NCBI RefSeq assembly: GCF_044324875.1
Contig: NZ_CP172185.1
DNA: 64,000 bases
Source: Escherichia coli
GTDB taxonomy: Bacteria > Pseudomonadota > Gammaproteobacteria > Enterobacterales > Enterobacteriaceae
Strand: one strand, 5' to 3'
The position numbers and the translations under genes were made by a program. Shown in pieces: positions 33,332 to 46,579 of this stretch. The notes beneath the pieces are model-generated. The model made no database searches. It saw only the letters and a program-made list of their open reading frames with translations, and had not been told where the DNA came from. The number at the start of each line of letters is the position of its first letter. Within the stretch, counting starts at the first letter, position 1.

Positions 33332-34732
33332 CTATTTAAAAGGTATGTAACCCCTTAATCTGTTGTGAAGTTCCGGATTGCGGGTAAAAAGCGCCTGAAG
33401 TTGCTGACGCTGAAGAGCATTCGGTTGAATGCCCGAAAGATTGAAATTGCGTTGCCATATCGCGAGCTGTTTACCTGCAAATTCTTCAGTTAGCTTGTGT
33501 TGCGATTGCAGAAGAAGAATTAAACCGTCCCATTTGTTCAAGTTATGATACAACCGACAATATGCGCAAGCATGTTTAACTGACGGTGCGTTTTCCAGCA
33601 ACTGACGTATTTCCTCGAACGTGAGCGGAACTCGACACCATACACAGATGTTAACCATAAATCGAAGCCCGGAGGCGTCCGGGTTAGCTAGTGTGGTCAG
33701 AATAATCCCTTTGACACCACCATCAGGATTGGCTTTCGCAAGAATATACATAGCGGCTAATCGCAGTGGGAATACATCCTGTGATAATCCCCATTCAGCC
33801 AGTTTTAAAATATTGGCATCATGAATGGAGTCCAGCCCGTATAAAGCTGCCCGGCGCTGTGAGGGAGTATATTCAGTCGAGGTGACAACATGACGCCAGA
33901 ATTGCGCAACATCCATGACGTCATTAAGCATGTTTTTAGCGCGTAGACGGATCAACATATTGTTATCCAGCAGTAATGCGCTGTACAGAGCCGGAGGAAT
34001 TTCTATAGCTCGGTCAGTAAGGCTAAACAACGTTGCTTGTCGAATACGCGGCCAGCGGTCTTTTAACAGACGAGTTAATACCGCTTCGCTTAACGATAAT
34101 TGTTGACGCAGCCAGTGGGTGACTGCCAGCATTCGTAAACCTTCGTCGGGCTGCTTGAGTATTAAAAGCAGCGAAGATTCATCATTAAAGTAGCCATATT
34201 CAATCAGCGTTTGTAATACTGCGCGGGAAAGTTTTTTATCAGGGCAAGTAAGCCAGCACGTTAATTGCGGGCGGTTATTTTCTTCCAGCAAGAAGCTCAG
34301 TATCTCGTTTACAAATGCACGATGATCGTAACGCTGGCATTGGAGAAGGTTACGTATCATGGGAAGATTAACCGCAAATGCCGCTGCATTCTTATCCTTC
34401 TTTAAATGACGTAACGCTATGGTTGCAGCAAGGCGAACCTCTTTTACCCAGTCATTAGCTGCAAGTAATAATTCTTCTATAGCTGCAACATCCTCTTTTT
34501 GTCCCAGACATTGCACGGCCTTTTCTCGTATATATCCATTGTGGTGATGGGTAAGCTGGCAAAGAACCAGAGTATCGTTGAGATCACAATCATGCGCTAT
34601 ATAATTGCCTGGATCGGCTATCATCGCCTGGAGTTGTTGCTGGATAAGAAATAATTCACAGTCAACAGAATTATTCATTTCGACGTTAAACAAAACCCTG
34701 CGTGTAAATAATGTACGCAATCCTTTGAGCAT
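33332..34732 (-). CDS. Hypothetical cytoplasmic protein (466 aa) with HEAT/armadillo-like repeats, unknown function
   Basis: Long ORF with recurring alpha-helical repeat motifs (IREKAVQCLGQ, VRLAATIALRHL, LRMLAVTHWL, QRRAALYGLDSI, LRLAAMYILAKA); aagga RBS; no nucleotide-binding motifs seen. Confidence 0.6.
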   Translation of the reverse strand: MLKGLRTLFTRRVLFNVEMNNSVDCELFLIQQQLQAMIADPGNYIAHDCDLNDTLVLCQLTHHHNGYIREKAVQCLGQKEDVAAIEELLLAANDWVKEVRLAATIALRHLKKDKNAAAFAVNLPMIRNLLQCQRYDHRAFVNEILSFLLEENNRPQLTCWLTCPDKKLSRAVLQTLIEYGYFNDESSLLLILKQPDEGLRMLAVTHWLRQQLSLSEAVLTRLLKDRWPRIRQATLFSLTDRAIEIPPALYSALLLDNNMLIRLRAKNMLNDVMDVAQFWRHVVTSTEYTPSQRRAALYGLDSIHDANILKLAEWGLSQDVFPLRLAAMYILAKANPDGGVKGIILTTLANPDASGLRFMVNICVWCRVPLTFEEIRQLLENAPSVKHACAYCRLYHNLNKWDGLILLLQSQHKLTEEFAGKQLAIWQRNFNLSGIQPNALQRQQLQALFTRNPELHNRLRGYIPFK

Positions 34733-34854
34733 AATTTTCCTTATCAGTTATGAGGAGAAAACTCATTTCATGATTAATAATTTCTTGAGGGATAGTAACT
34801 CTGTGGTGAGAGAAAATAAAGCCGGACGCCAACAACCCACGCCCGGCATCGTAA

Positions 34855-35187
34855 TTACGTATTGTCTTTCACCGTCTGGCTTGTGCCATTGGCTTTAACG
34901 GAGGCAATTCCGGTTTCACGAGATTGCGCGGTGGCGTACATCTGGCTGGAGCCGATAATTTGATGATTGGCGGCTTTCAGATTGAAATAGAATTTGCCGT
35001 TGCTTGCCGTTTTTTTCTCATAGCGTTCTTCTTGCGGGCTGTTGCTACGCACCGATGCGATGCCCTTTTCCGCAGAGGCTTTTGAGGTATACAGCTCGCT
35101 GGTGAGGATAGTCTCACCATTGCCCGCTTTTAGCACAAACCGGAACTGATTATCACTGCTCTTACTGAGTTCAAACCAACCAGCCAT
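34855..35187 (-). CDS. yegP: YegP (UPF0339 / DUF1508 tandem-repeat small protein)
   Basis: ORF 34855..35226; start taken at MAGWFELSKSSDNQFRFVLKAGNGE (110 aa). Confidence 0.85.
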   Translation of the reverse strand: MAGWFELSKSSDNQFRFVLKAGNGETILTSELYTSKASAEKGIASVRSNSPQEERYEKKTASNGKFYFNLKAANHQIIGSSQMYATAQSRETGIASVKANGTSQTVKDNT

Positions 35188-35366
35188 AATGACTCCTTGA
35201 TTGAAATTGCGTATCGAAAACAGCATCTAAAAGAACTGTTTACCGATTAAAGTATGAGCGATTTTCAGGCGGTTGCCAGGGCGGAGAGATAATGTCAGTT
35301 TGCTGACCATGCGCGGGATAATGTTGCCGGATGCGGCGTGAATGCCTTCTCCGGCAGGTAAAAATG

Positions 35367-36089
35367 TTAAACGATGCGGCAGGCGTCGGCTTCCCAGCGG
35401 TAACCGACGCCGTAAACGGCACGGATAAAAGACTGTTCGGCGTCGAGAGATTCCAGCTTGCGACGCAGGTTTTTAATGTGGCTGTCGATGGTGCGGTCGG
35501 TTACTACGCGGTAGTCGTCATAAAGATGATTGAGCAATTGCTCGCGGGAGAACACTTTTCCTGGTTCATGAGAGAGCGTTTTCAACAGACGAAATTCCGC
35601 AGGCGTCAGGTCAAGCATTTTACCGCGCCATGAAGCCTGAAAACGACCTTCGTCGATAATCAACGGGCTTTCGGCATCCTGTTGCTGAAGTTCGCGTTGC
35701 GGTTTGCAACGGCGCAAAATGGTTTTGACGCGCGCTACCACTTCCCGTGGGCTGTACGGTTTGCAGATGTAGTCATCTGCGCCAATTTCCAGCCCCAGCA
35801 GGCGGTCGATCTCTTCGATTTTTGCTGTCACCATCACGATCGGAATGTCAGAAAAACGACGAATCTCCCGGCACAGCGTCAGGCCATCGGTGCCAGGAAG
35901 CATAAGATCCAACAGAATCAGATCCGGTGGTGTCTGGCGTACATATGGCAGTACCTGATCGCCGTGGCTAATCAACGTTGGCGCATAGCTCGCAGCACGC
36001 AGATAATCAATGAGTAACTGCCCCAGCTTCGGTTCATCTTCCACGATCAAAATACGCGGTGTGTTTTCGTCGATTGGTAACTCGGTCAT
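35367..36089 (-). CDS. baeR: OmpR-family response regulator BaeR
   Basis: 240-aa ORF; receiver domain ([10 protein letters not shown]...D) plus winged-helix output; 4-nt overlap with baeS. Confidence 0.93.
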
Positions 36090-37489
36090 ACTTCTCTCTG
36101 TAAATCCCGTTCCAGCGGTAACTCTACTGTAATGCTTACCCCGCCAAAAGGCGAATGGGCAGCAATAATGCGACCATTATGTGCTTCAACAATGTTCAGG
36201 CAAATCGCCAGCCCCAGCCCGGAACCGCCGCTGGCTCGGTTGCGGGAACCTTCGGTGCGATAAAAACGTTCAAACAATTTTTGTAGCTGATCGTCACTGA
36301 CGCCCGGCGCGCTGTCGGCAAAGGTCAGTCGCACCGTTTTGTCGTGCTGCTCGGCAGAGATTTTCAGGCTACCGCCGCTGTCAGTGTAGCGCAGGCTGTT
36401 TTCCAGTAAGTTATTGAATAACTGCATTAAACGGTCGCGATCGCCAAATACGGTAATACTGTCTGGCAGGGAAAATTGCAGTTTCAGGCCACGGCTGGCG
36501 AATCGTTCGCGAAATGCGCCGCCCGCCACTTCCAGCAGTGGGATCAAATCTACCGGTGCTTTTTGATAGGCGAGAGCGCCTTCATCAGACATCGACAACT
36601 GATGGAGATCGTCAACCAGTTTGGTCAGTGTACCGACCTCCGCCTGTAAAGACGCCACCGTCTCCGGCGTGAATTTACGCACGCCATCCTGAATGGCTTC
36701 CAGTTCACCGCGCAGCACCGCTAATGGCGTACGCAGTTCGTGAGAAATATCGGCCATAAAATCGCGCCGCATTTGCTGGTTTTTCTCCAGCGTGCTGGCA
36801 AGCTGGTTGAAGTCTTGCGCCAGTTTGCCCAGTTCATCTTCACTGGTGGGTGTCACGCGGGTAGTGAAATCGCCCGCCGCCAGTTTGTGCGTGCCGTCCA
36901 CCAGCCGTTTGACCGGGGCCAACAGACCACGCGCCAGCAGAAAGGTGGCGAGTGCCGCGAGTAACGTAGCCAGGGCGACAATCAGCCAGCTGGTTTGCCG
37001 CTGTTGTTTATCGAAATTGATATCAGTATTGCGGGTCAGTCGCTCAACAGGGGAGGCAATCACCGCACCCACTTCCGCACCGTTGACCAGAATGGGTCGC
37101 CGTGTACCGTCAGGTGGAATCGGCGCTCGCGGACCAACCAGCACTTTGTTGTTTTGATCGATCACCCAGAACTGAGTACGCCAGCCGTGCGGAGGCATAC
37201 CCGGGCCGGGTTTATCTTCCGAATTATCGTGTTCAAATGAACGCAGGATCTGAAAGACAAAGCGATCGTTGTTGCGCAGGAAGCGCCAGTTGCCATGCTG
37301 CGCATACTGCTCGCCAAGCGCATCACTTAACAGCTGTAATCGCTGTTCATTGCCGTGTTTGATGTAATCAATAAAGCCACGCTCAAAACTGATACGCACC
37401 GCCCAGTGCATACTGATCAGCAAGACAATGCAGGTGGCGAAAATCGCCAGAAACAGTTTGCCGGTAATACCGGGTCGCCAGAACTTCAT
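36086..37489 (-). CDS. baeS: Envelope-stress sensor histidine kinase BaeS
   Basis: 467-aa ORF, two TM segments, H-box (HELRTPL), HATPase domain. Confidence 0.93.
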
Positions 37490-38901
37490 TGCGCGCTCCT
37501 TTTTCGCCGCGAAATAGCTACATTTTGATGCGTATCGTTCGGCACTCTGGCAAAGATGAACGCCGGAAGGGCGATGATAAACGCCATGCTAAGCCAGGTG
37601 TACATAAAGACGGTTTGTGTGGTGCCGCTGTCGACGCTGACATGCTGCGAACCAAAAAGTCCCAGCAACAGCCCGGCGATAGTGACGCCGATACTCATCG
37701 ACAATTGCATAATCATCGACAGCAGGCTGTTTCCGCTGCTCGCCAGATTGTCCGGGAGATCTTTCAGCGTCAGGGTGTTCATGGAGGAGAAACGGGTCGA
37801 GTTGACCATCCCTTGTAAAAACAGGACGAACGGCAAAACGTAGTACCAGCCCAACAGAGCGGTAGTCATAAACAATAGGGTGACCAGCGACAGACCCAGC
37901 GTGGTCGCTACCAGTACCCGACGATAACCAAAGCGATTCACTACCTGTACCACAATTCGCTTCATCCCCATGCTGCCGAGCACCATCGGGATCATCATCA
38001 GTCCGGCATGAAACGGTGAGAAGCCAAGGCCAATTTGCAGGAAAACCGGCGTCATAAAGGGCAACATGCCGCTACCGATACGTCCGGCAAAACTCCCCGC
38101 CAGGCCCAGCGAAAAGGTACGAGTACGGAACAGTTTCAGACTGAAAAGAGCGCGGTTGTTATTTCTGGCGTGCAGCAGATAAAGCACCAGTGCTACCACG
38201 CCAACTGCGACCAGGCCAGCAATCGCCAGCGGCGATAAACCTGTACCTTTACTGCCGTCCAGCGCCAGGGTTAATACCGCCATGCCAACCGCCAGCAATA
38301 AAAAGCCGGAGAGATCGAAGCGCCGCGTCTGCATGGTATAGTTCGGCATTAACATCAATGTGGCGATCGCGCCAATAATCCCCACCGGAATGTTGATTAA
38401 AAAGATCCAGTGCCACGACGCATATTCCACCAGCAGACCGCCGAGCGCCGGACCGAGCAGCGGACCGACCTGACCGGGTAACGTGACAAAGGTCATCGCC
38501 GCCATATACTGCTCGCGCGGTACGATTTTCATCACCGTCAACCTGCCGACCGGCACCATCATCGCACCGCCAACGCCCTGTAACGCGCGTGCCAGCAACA
38601 GTTCGTTCAGCGTGCCGGAAAGCGCGCAAAACAGTGAACCGAGAGTAAACAGTACGATGGCGGTAAAGAAAATATTGCGCACGCCGACTTTGTCCGCCAG
38701 CCAGCCGCTGGCGGGCAGCATCACCGCCACGGTCAGCACATAAGAGACAATGACCATGTGCATATGCAACGGACTTTCCCCGAGGCTTTGCGCCATTGAG
38801 GGAAGGGCGGTGTTTACGATGGTGGTGTCCAGCGACTGCATAAAGAAGCCGAAAGCCACAATCCACAATTGCCAGCGGGTGCTGTCGGGAAGATCTGTCA
38901 T
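37486..38901 (-). CDS. mdtD: MFS transporter MdtD
   Basis: 471-aa polytopic membrane protein between mdtC and baeS. Confidence 0.9.
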   Translation of the reverse strand: MTDLPDSTRWQLWIVAFGFFMQSLDTTIVNTALPSMAQSLGESPLHMHMVIVSYVLTVAVMLPASGWLADKVGVRNIFFTAIVLFTLGSLFCALSGTLNELLLARALQGVGGAMMVPVGRLTVMKIVPREQYMAAMTFVTLPGQVGPLLGPALGGLLVEYASWHWIFLINIPVGIIGAIATLMLMPNYTMQTRRFDLSGFLLLAVGMAVLTLALDGSKGTGLSPLAIAGLVAVGVVALVLYLLHARNNNRALFSLKLFRTRTFSLGLAGSFAGRIGSGMLPFMTPVFLQIGLGFSPFHAGLMMIPMVLGSMGMKRIVVQVVNRFGYRRVLVATTLGLSLVTLLFMTTALLGWYYVLPFVLFLQGMVNSTRFSSMNTLTLKDLPDNLASSGNSLLSMIMQLSMSIGVTIAGLLLGLFGSQHVSVDSGTTQTVFMYTWLSMAFIIALPAFIFARVPNDTHQNVAISRRKRSAQ

Positions 38902-41900
38902 TTACTCGGTTACCGTTTGTTTAGGTTTACGCGAAAAACGCAGCCGCAGACGGTCGAAAAAGAGATACACCACCGGCGTGGTATACAGCGTCAGAAGCTG
39001 GCTCATTACCAGACCGCCGACAATGGTGATCCCCAGGGGTTGCCGCAGCTCCGAGCCGTCACCGCCCGACAATACCAGCGGCAGCGCACCAAACAGCGCC
39101 GCCAGGGTAGTCATCATAATCGGGCGAAAACGCAGCAGACAGGCCTGGAAAATAGCTTCCTGCGGCGTGAGGTTACCGTGCCGTTGGGCTTCAAGCGCAA
39201 AATCGACCATCATAATGGCGTTTTTCTTCACGATGCCGATTAATAGCATGATCCCTATCAGGGCGATTAGGCTGAACGGGGCATTGAACAGCTCCAGCGC
39301 CAACAGCGCTCCAACGCCCGCCGAGGGCAGGGTGGAGAGAATCGTCAGCGGATGTACGTAACTCTCGTAAAGGATACCCAGCACGATATACACCGTGGCG
39401 ATGGCGGCGATAATCAGGATCACCTGCGAGTTCATCGTCTCCTGGAACACCTGCGCCGTGCCGGCAAAACTACCGCGCACCGTCGAAGGCACACCAAGCT
39501 GGGTCATTGCGCGATCGATCGCCGCACTGGCGTCCGAGAGCGATTTCCCGGTCGGCAGGTTAAACGAAATGGTCGAGGCCGCCGATAATCCCTGATGATT
39601 CACCGACAGCGGAGCATTCGCCGGTTGCCATTTAGCGAAATACGACAGCGGGATCGCTTTTCCTTCGTTATTGATAACGAACATTTTTTCCAGCGCACTG
39701 ATGTCCTGGGTATAGCGCGGATCCACTTCCATCACCACTTTATACTGGTTCATCGGCTGGTAAATGGTCGAGATTTGTCGCTGACCGAAGGCGTTATTTA
39801 ACAGGCTGTTGGCGGCCTGCACGTCGATTCCCAGCCGTGCCATAGTGTCGCGGTCGTAAACCAGATTCATCTCCGCGCCGTTATCCTGCTGGTCGGAGTT
39901 CACGTCCGCCAGTTCCGGCAATGTCGCCAGTTTTTTGCGGATTTTCGGTTCCCATTCGCGCAGTGCCGCCAGGTCGTCGGACAGTAACGTGTACTGATAG
40001 CTGGCGTTCGACTGACGTCCGCCAACGCGAATATCCTGTACCGCCATCAGGAACAGATTCGCCCCTGGTTCTTTCGCCAGCTTCACGCGCAGACGGTCGA
40101 TAATTTGCTGCGCCGTTTCGCTGCGTTCGCCGCGTGGCTTGAGGGTGATAAACATCATCCCGCTGTTCACCCGCGAACCGCCGGTAAATCCGGTGACATT
40201 ATCCACTGCCGGATCGTCACGGATAATTTTCATGAAATCCTGCAACTTACCGCGCATCGCCTGAAACGAAATACTCTGATCCGCCTGTATCCCGCCCATC
40301 AACACGCCGGTGTCCTGCTCCGGGAAGAAGGTTTTCGGGATCGAGATATACAGCCAGATATTCAAAGCAATGGTGCCAAGCAGCACCACGCCCACCAGAC
40401 GGGTATGATTAAGCCCCCATTTCAGCGACTTACCATAGCCTTGTTGCAGGGCTACCAACATGCGACCAAAACCACGTAGTCGCTTTTGCTCGCGCGGCTT
40501 GCTGGCTTTTAGCATCCAGCCGCACATCATCGGCGTTAGCGTCAGGGAAACCAGCAACGAAATCCCAATGGCGACAGAAAGCGTCACGGCAAATTCGCGT
40601 AACAGTCGGCCCGGCAATCCGCCCATCAACAGCAGCGGCAGGAACACCGCCACCAGTGACAGACTCATCGACAGCACCGTAAAACCGACTTCGCGAGTGC
40701 CTTGCAGCGCGGCCTGTAGCGGTTTCATCCCCGCCTCCAGATGACGGGCGATGTTTTCCAGCACCACGATGGCGTCATCCACCACGAAACCAGTAGCGAT
40801 GGTGAGCGCCATTAACGAAAGATTATTGAGACTGAATCCGCACAGGTACATCGCCGCAAACGTACCAATCAGCGAAACCGGCACCGCAACGGCGGGAATA
40901 ATAGTGGCGCGACCCGAGCGCAGGAATAAAAAGACCACCAGAATGACCAGCGCCACCGAGATAATCAGCGTTTGCTCGACTTCCTCCAGCGAGGCGCGAA
41001 TAGTGGGGGAGCGATCCTGGGCAATTTGCAGATCAATCGCCGCCGGAATGGTCTCCTGCAACTCCGGTAATTTTGCCCGGATGCTGTCAACCGTCTGGAT
41101 AATATTGGCTTCCGGCAGCTTGCGGATCATCAGCAAAATAGCCGGTTTGGCGTTGGTCATCCCGGCGTTGCGCACATCCTGCACTGAGTCGGTCACCGTC
41201 GCCACATCGCCCAGACGAACCGCGCCGCCGTTGTTGTAATGAATAATCAGCGGCTGATATTCAGCGGCGGTTTTCAGTTCATCGTTAGTCTGGATCTGCC
41301 AGCGGTGAGTGCCATCTTCCAGCGCCCCCTGCGGTTTACGCACGTTGGCATTGCTGATGGCAGTGCGAACATCGTCCAGCGACACGCCCTGATTAAACAG
41401 CGCCTGCGGATTCAGCCCGACGCGTACGGCGGGCAGTGAGCTGCCGCCGACATCGACATCACCAACACCGTCGATTTGCGAAATCGTCGGAGCCAGCTGC
41501 GTCGAGGCGAAATCGTACAGTTCACCCTGCGAATAAGTATCGGATGTCAGCGTGAGGATCATTATTGGCGCATCCGACGGGTTCGCTTTGCGATAGGTCG
41601 GACGGCTTGGCATCCCGCTGGGCAGCAAACTTTGCGCGGCGTTGATCGCCGCTTGCACATCGCGCGCTGCGCCGTTGATATCGCGGTCAAAATCAAACTG
41701 CAAAATAATGCGCGTGCTGCCGAGCGAACTGCTGGAGGTCATTTCACTGACCCCGGCAATGCGCCCAAGTGAGCGCTCCAGCGGCGTGGCAACGGAAGAC
41801 GCCATTGTTTCTGGTGACGCACCGGGCAGCGAGGCGCTGACCATAATCACCGGAAAATCGACCTGCGGCAGCGGGGCGACCGGCAGCATACGGAAGCCCA

Positions 41901-41979
41901 GTATGCCGCACAGGGTAATGGCGACCGACAGTAAAATCGTCGCCACCGGGCGGTAAATGAAGAGGGCAAAAAACTTCAC
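38902..41979 (-). CDS. mdtC: RND multidrug efflux pump subunit MdtC
   Basis: 1025-aa RND permease. Confidence 0.93.
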   Translation of the reverse strand: MKFFALFIYRPVATILLSVAITLCGILGFRMLPVAPLPQVDFPVIMVSASLPGASPETMASSVATPLERSLGRIAGVSEMTSSSSLGSTRIILQFDFDRDINGAARDVQAAINAAQSLLPSGMPSRPTYRKANPSDAPIMILTLTSDTYSQGELYDFASTQLAPTISQIDGVGDVDVGGSSLPAVRVGLNPQALFNQGVSLDDVRTAISNANVRKPQGALEDGTHRWQIQTNDELKTAAEYQPLIIHYNNGGAVRLGDVATVTDSVQDVRNAGMTNAKPAILLMIRKLPEANIIQTVDSIRAKLPELQETIPAAIDLQIAQDRSPTIRASLEEVEQTLIISVALVILVVFLFLRSGRATIIPAVAVPVSLIGTFAAMYLCGFSLNNLSLMALTIATGFVVDDAIVVLENIARHLEAGMKPLQAALQGTREVGFTVLSMSLSLVAVFLPLLLMGGLPGRLLREFAVTLSVAIGISLLVSLTLTPMMCGWMLKASKPREQKRLRGFGRMLVALQQGYGKSLKWGLNHTRLVGVVLLGTIALNIWLYISIPKTFFPEQDTGVLMGGIQADQSISFQAMRGKLQDFMKIIRDDPAVDNVTGFTGGSRVNSGMMFITLKPRGERSETAQQIIDRLRVKLAKEPGANLFLMAVQDIRVGGRQSNASYQYTLLSDDLAALREWEPKIRKKLATLPELADVNSDQQDNGAEMNLVYDRDTMARLGIDVQAANSLLNNAFGQRQISTIYQPMNQYKVVMEVDPRYTQDISALEKMFVINNEGKAIPLSYFAKWQPANAPLSVNHQGLSAASTISFNLPTGKSLSDASAAIDRAMTQLGVPSTVRGSFAGTAQVFQETMNSQVILIIAAIATVYIVLGILYESYVHPLTILSTLPSAGVGALLALELFNAPFSLIALIGIMLLIGIVKKNAIMMVDFALEAQRHGNLTPQEAIFQACLLRFRPIMMTTLAALFGALPLVLSGGDGSELRQPLGITIVGGLVMSQLLTLYTTPVVYLFFDRLRLRFSRKPKQTVTE

Positions 41980-44900
41980 TTACGCCTCCTCTTCATGACG
42001 AGCAAAGCGGCTTTTGGTCCACAATGCCAGGCGGTCGAATAGCAGATAAATCACCGGCGTGGTGAACAGCGTCAGCACCTGGCTGACAATCAGACCGCCG
42101 ACCATGCCGATACCTAACGGACGACGCAGTTCCGCGCCGACCCCGGTACTCAACATCAGCGGCAGCGCGCCAAGCAGAGCCGCCAGGGTGGTCATCAGGA
42201 TCGGACGAAAACGCAACAGACAAGCCTGGTAGATTGCATCGCGCGGCGACATGCCTTGCTCGCGCTCAGCAGCCAGCGCGAAGTCGATCATCATGATGGC
42301 GTTCTTCTTCACGATACCGATCAGCAAAATAATGCCGATAATTGCAATCACATCCAGTTCGCTACCGGCAATCATTAACGCCAGCAGTGCGCCAACACCT
42401 GCCGTGGGTAGCGTCGAGAGAATGGTGATCGGGTGAATAAAGCTCTCGTACAGAATGCCGAGCACGATATACATCGCCACCACCGCCGCGACAATCAGCC
42501 AGACAGTGCTGCCCAGCGCCGACTGGAAAGCGAGGGTGCTGCCCTGGAACTGCGTGGTGATATCCACCGGCAGATTCAGCGTCTTTTCGGTGTCCATAAT
42601 CGCCTGCACCGCATCGCCCAGCGAATAGTTATCCGGCACGTTAAAGGAGATAGTCGTTACCGGGAACTGATCCAGATGGTTGATGGAGAGCGGCGCAAAA
42701 CGCTGCTCAATTTTGGCAATTGAGCTTAGCGGCACCACGCCGCCGTCGCTGCTGGTCAGGCGAATGGTATCCAGCGCCGCGAGGCCTGGGGTATTTTCGG
42801 TGTTGTGTTCCAGCACCACGCGATACTGGTTAGCCTGAGTATAAATAGTGGAAATCAGCCGCTGACCAAACGCGTTGTACAGGGCGTTATCGACATCCGC
42901 CATGCTGATCCCCAGACGGCTGGCGCTGTCGCGATCAACATTGACATACGCCACCAGCCCTTGGTCCTGCCAGTCGCTGGAGACATCAGAAAGCTGTGGC
43001 AACTGCTGGAGTTTTTCCATCAACTGTGGCACCCAGGTACTGAGCGCATCCAGTGACGTGGCCTGCAAGGTAAACTGGTACTGGGTGCGGCTGACCTGAG
43101 TATCGATGGTCAGGTCCTGCGTTGGTTGCAGGAAGAGATCGACGCCCGGCACTTTATCCACCGCCGTTTGCAGACGGGCGATGACTTTTTGCACCCGGTC
43201 ATCTCGTTCATCCAGTGGTTTGAGATTGATCTGTAAACGCGCACTGTTCAGCGACGGGTTAGTGCCATCAACGCCAACAAATGAGGTCAAACTTTGCACT
43301 GCCGGATCCTGCAAAATCACGTCCGCGACCTGGCGTTGCCGCTGGGCCATATTGGCAAAGGAGCTGGATTGCGGTGCCTGCAAAGTGCCCTGAATAATGC
43401 CGTTGTCCTGCACCGGGAAGAAACCTTTCGGAATGAACACCCACAGCAGCACGCTAAGCAGCAGCGTGCTGAGTGCCACGCTTAAGGTCAGCCACGGATG
43501 ATTCAGCACTTTCGCCAGTCCACGACCATAGGCGGCGATTATCCTGTCGAACATTTTCTCCGAGGCTCGGGAGAAGCGATTCTGTTTACGCAGCGACTCC
43601 TGGCTGAGCATCCGCGCGCACATCATCGGCGTCAGAGTCAGCGACACCACGGCTGAGATCAAAATCGCGACTGCCAGAGTAATAGCAAATTCGCGGAACA
43701 GTCGCCCGACGATATCGCCCATAAATAGCAGTGGGATCAACACTGCAATCAGTGAGAAGGTCAGCGAGATAATGGTAAAGCCGATTTCACCCGCGCCTTT
43801 GAGCGCCGCCGCCAACGGTTTTTCGCCTTTTTCGATATAGCGGGAAATGTTTTCGATCACCACGATGGCGTCATCGACCACAAATCCGGTGGCGATAGTT
43901 AACGCCATCAGCGTCAGGTTATTGATTGAAAAATCGAGAAACACCATGACCGCGAAGGTGCCGATTAACGACAGCGGCACTGCGACGCCGGGAATGATGG
44001 TCGCCGGAATATTACGCAAAAACAGGTAGATAATCATGACTACCAGCGCGATAGCCATCATCAATTCAAACTGAGTATCATCGACGGATGCGCGAATATT
44101 GGTGGTACGGTCAGAAAGTACTGTCACCTTCACCGATTTCGGCAGACTCTCGGTGAGCTGTGGCAGCATCTGCCGGATGCTGTCGGCGGTGGAGATAATG
44201 TTAGCACCGGGCTGGCGCTGAACATTCATCACAATGGCCTGTTCTTTGTTCGCCCACGCGCCGAGCCAGCTGTTTTCTGCTCCTTGCTCTACGGTTGCGA
44301 CATCGCCCAGACGAATCGGCGCGCCGTTCTGGTAGGCGATGATTAGCTGGCGATACTCTTCGGCGGATTGCATCTGGTCGTTAGCGGAAAGCGTAACCGC
44401 ACGGGAAGGGCCGTCGAGGCTACCTTTTGCCGAGTTAACGTTAGCGCCGGTAATGGCGGTGCGCACGGTTTCGCTGGTCAGGCCGAGGGCGGCAATCGCC
44501 TGAGCGTTAAGTTTGACGCGAACAGCCGGACGCTGGCCGCCGGAAAGCGTCACCAGGCCGACGCCGGAAATCTGCGAGATTTTCTGCGCGACGCGGGTTT
44601 CCACCATATCTTCCACTTGCGTCATCGGCATGGCGGTTGAGGTGACGGCGAGCGTCATGATTGGTGGATCTGCCGGGTTCACTTTGCTGTAAACCGGCGG
44701 GTTAGGCAGATCGCTCGGCAACAAGTTGGTCGCAGCGTTAATCGCGGCCTGCACTTCCTGCTCGGCGACATCGAGCGGTAATGTTAGCTGGAACTGCAAA
44801 GTGATAACTGACGCACCGCCGGAACTTTGCGACGACATCTGTTTCAGGCCAGACATCTGCCCAAACTGGCGTTCAAGCGGCGCGGTAACGGCAGAGGTCA

Positions 44901-45102
44901 TGACATCCGGGCTCGCACCTGGGTAGAGCGTGACTACCTGAATGGTCGGATAGTCCACTTCCGGCAGCGCCGAAACGGGCAGGGCTCGATAACCGATAAT
45001 CCCGGCGAGTAAGATCGCCACCATCAGCAGCGTGGTGGCGACAGGACGCATAATAAACAGGCGCGACGGGCCGCCTGTGCTGCTCGGGGGTAACACCTGC
45101 AT
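41980..45102 (-). CDS. mdtB: RND multidrug efflux pump subunit MdtB
   Basis: 1040-aa RND permease; ATGA overlap with mdtA stop. Confidence 0.93.
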   Translation of the reverse strand: MQVLPPSSTGGPSRLFIMRPVATTLLMVAILLAGIIGYRALPVSALPEVDYPTIQVVTLYPGASPDVMTSAVTAPLERQFGQMSGLKQMSSQSSGGASVITLQFQLTLPLDVAEQEVQAAINAATNLLPSDLPNPPVYSKVNPADPPIMTLAVTSTAMPMTQVEDMVETRVAQKISQISGVGLVTLSGGQRPAVRVKLNAQAIAALGLTSETVRTAITGANVNSAKGSLDGPSRAVTLSANDQMQSAEEYRQLIIAYQNGAPIRLGDVATVEQGAENSWLGAWANKEQAIVMNVQRQPGANIISTADSIRQMLPQLTESLPKSVKVTVLSDRTTNIRASVDDTQFELMMAIALVVMIIYLFLRNIPATIIPGVAVPLSLIGTFAVMVFLDFSINNLTLMALTIATGFVVDDAIVVIENISRYIEKGEKPLAAALKGAGEIGFTIISLTFSLIAVLIPLLFMGDIVGRLFREFAITLAVAILISAVVSLTLTPMMCARMLSQESLRKQNRFSRASEKMFDRIIAAYGRGLAKVLNHPWLTLSVALSTLLLSVLLWVFIPKGFFPVQDNGIIQGTLQAPQSSSFANMAQRQRQVADVILQDPAVQSLTSFVGVDGTNPSLNSARLQINLKPLDERDDRVQKVIARLQTAVDKVPGVDLFLQPTQDLTIDTQVSRTQYQFTLQATSLDALSTWVPQLMEKLQQLPQLSDVSSDWQDQGLVAYVNVDRDSASRLGISMADVDNALYNAFGQRLISTIYTQANQYRVVLEHNTENTPGLAALDTIRLTSSDGGVVPLSSIAKIEQRFAPLSINHLDQFPVTTISFNVPDNYSLGDAVQAIMDTEKTLNLPVDITTQFQGSTLAFQSALGSTVWLIVAAVVAMYIVLGILYESFIHPITILSTLPTAGVGALLALMIAGSELDVIAIIGIILLIGIVKKNAIMMIDFALAAEREQGMSPRDAIYQACLLRFRPILMTTLAALLGALPLMLSTGVGAELRRPLGIGMVGGLIVSQVLTLFTTPVIYLLFDRLALWTKSRFARHEEEA

Positions 45103-46349
45103 CAGGAGCGTGCTCCTTTTTTCGCGTATTCGCGGCTGGTGGCTTTCTCTTCCGGAGTGGTGGCGCTCTGGGCTTCCACTACTTCCACTTTCGCCCCTTC
45201 GGTCAGGCGATCAATGCCGTCCGTCACTACGCGGTCGCCCGCAGAAATACCTGCGCGGATCACCACTTTCTGACTGTCCTGAATGCCCGGCGTCACCAGA
45301 TGTTTGCTGACCTTGTTTTCGCTATTCAGCACCCAGACAAAATGGCCTTCGTTGCCCATTTGCAGAGCGGCGGTGGGGATCACCACGGCGTTTTGTTCGG
45401 TGTCGACTAACATACGCGCGTTAACAAACTGATTGGGAAACAGCGCATCATCCTGATTATTAAAGCGGGCTTTCACTTTAATCGTACCGGTAGTGGCATC
45501 GATTTGGTTATCGAGACTTAACAGCGTGCCTTCACTTAATTTCTTCGAGTTGGTGCGATCCCAGGCTTCAACAACCAGCGGTTTTCCGGCTTTTTGCGCC
45601 TGTACTACGGTAGCGATATCGCTTTCCGGCAGGGTAAAGAGCAAATCGATAGGATGCGTCTGGGTGATCACCACGATCCCGGTGGTATCACCACTGGAGA
45701 TTTGGTTACCAACATCAACCTGCTTGAGACCAACGCGACCATCAACTGGTGCAGTAATACGGCTCCAGTCGAGTTGCAGCTGCGCGCTGGCGACGCTTGC
45801 TTCATCAGCCTTAATGGTGCCTTCGGTTTCACTGACCAGCGCTTGTTGGGCATCCAGTTCCTGACGAGATACGAGATTGGTTTTTGCCAGTTGCTGATAA
45901 CGCGCCAGGTCACGGCGGGCGTTGGCAAGCGTGGCTTTATCTTTTGCCAGTTGGCCCTGGGCTTGTGCTAATGCAACTTTGAACTGGCTGGGGTCAATTT
46001 CTGCCAGTAAATCGCCTGCTTTGACCTGCTGGCCTTCCTGGAAATGTAACGCTATCAGTTGGCCGTCCACGCGGCTGCGCACCGTAACGGTATTAGCGGC
46101 GGTAATGGTGCCAAGCCCGGTGAGGTAACGCGGAACTGCCTGTTCTACGGCGGTCGCCGCCTGAACCGGGGCTAATGGGCCGGAACGCATACCACGGCGA
46201 CCACCCGCTGGCGATTGCTGCGCTTGTTTCGTCGCCCCTGGGGCTGCACTCCGGGAGTCATTGCGGCCTTGCCAGAACCAGAATGCGGCGATGGCGGCGA
46301 TAACCACCACGATTACGATTACCCAACGGGATTTATAACTGCCTTTCAT
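45102..46349 (-). CDS. mdtA: Membrane fusion (periplasmic adaptor) protein MdtA
   Basis: ORF 45102..46496; start taken at [25 protein letters not shown] (415 aa). Confidence 0.9.
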   Translation of the reverse strand: MKGSYKSRWVIVIVVVIAAIAAFWFWQGRNDSRSAAPGATKQAQQSPAGGRRGMRSGPLAPVQAATAVEQAVPRYLTGLGTITAANTVTVRSRVDGQLIALHFQEGQQVKAGDLLAEIDPSQFKVALAQAQGQLAKDKATLANARRDLARYQQLAKTNLVSRQELDAQQALVSETEGTIKADEASVASAQLQLDWSRITAPVDGRVGLKQVDVGNQISSGDTTGIVVITQTHPIDLLFTLPESDIATVVQAQKAGKPLVVEAWDRTNSKKLSEGTLLSLDNQIDATTGTIKVKARFNNQDDALFPNQFVNARMLVDTEQNAVVIPTAALQMGNEGHFVWVLNSENKVSKHLVTPGIQDSQKVVIRAGISAGDRVVTDGIDRLTEGAKVEVVEAQSATTPEEKATSREYAKKGARS

Positions 46350-46401
46350 CGTTAAGAGTTTCTCTTCCTGAAACGTTTCGCGGAATGATACTAGTGTAGC
46401 C

Positions 46402-46419
46402 AGCCAATAAGGGAGAAAA
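46402..46419 (-). promoter_or_regulatory. BaeR box in the mdtA promoter
   Basis: Minus-strand tttttctcccttattggc, close to the BaeR consensus as I recall it (TTTTTCTCCATDATTGGC), about 55 bp upstream of mdtA. Confidence 0.6.
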
Positions 46420-46579
46420 ATGGAGGAATTATGAAACACTGTCGGGAATCGTCTGAATGACGGGCACATTTGCGAGCACGCATCCAGTAATAACACATGA
46501 AACTATTTTATCTACGCGTTAGCGATAGACTGCTTGCATGGCGAAAGGAGGTAAGCCGACGATTTCAGCGGGACGCTGA

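Noticed and set aside
38249-39361. ORFs 38249..38866 (-) and 38750..39361 (+) of about 200 aa
   Set aside because: Alternative-frame or antisense overlaps of mdtD/mdtC in GC-rich coding sequence; Arg/Ser/Ala-rich low-complexity translations.
46350-46496. N-terminal extension of mdtA in the ORF track (464 aa)
   Set aside because: Extension would overlap the BaeR box and promoter; internal start MKGSYKSRW gives the expected membrane-anchored adaptor.
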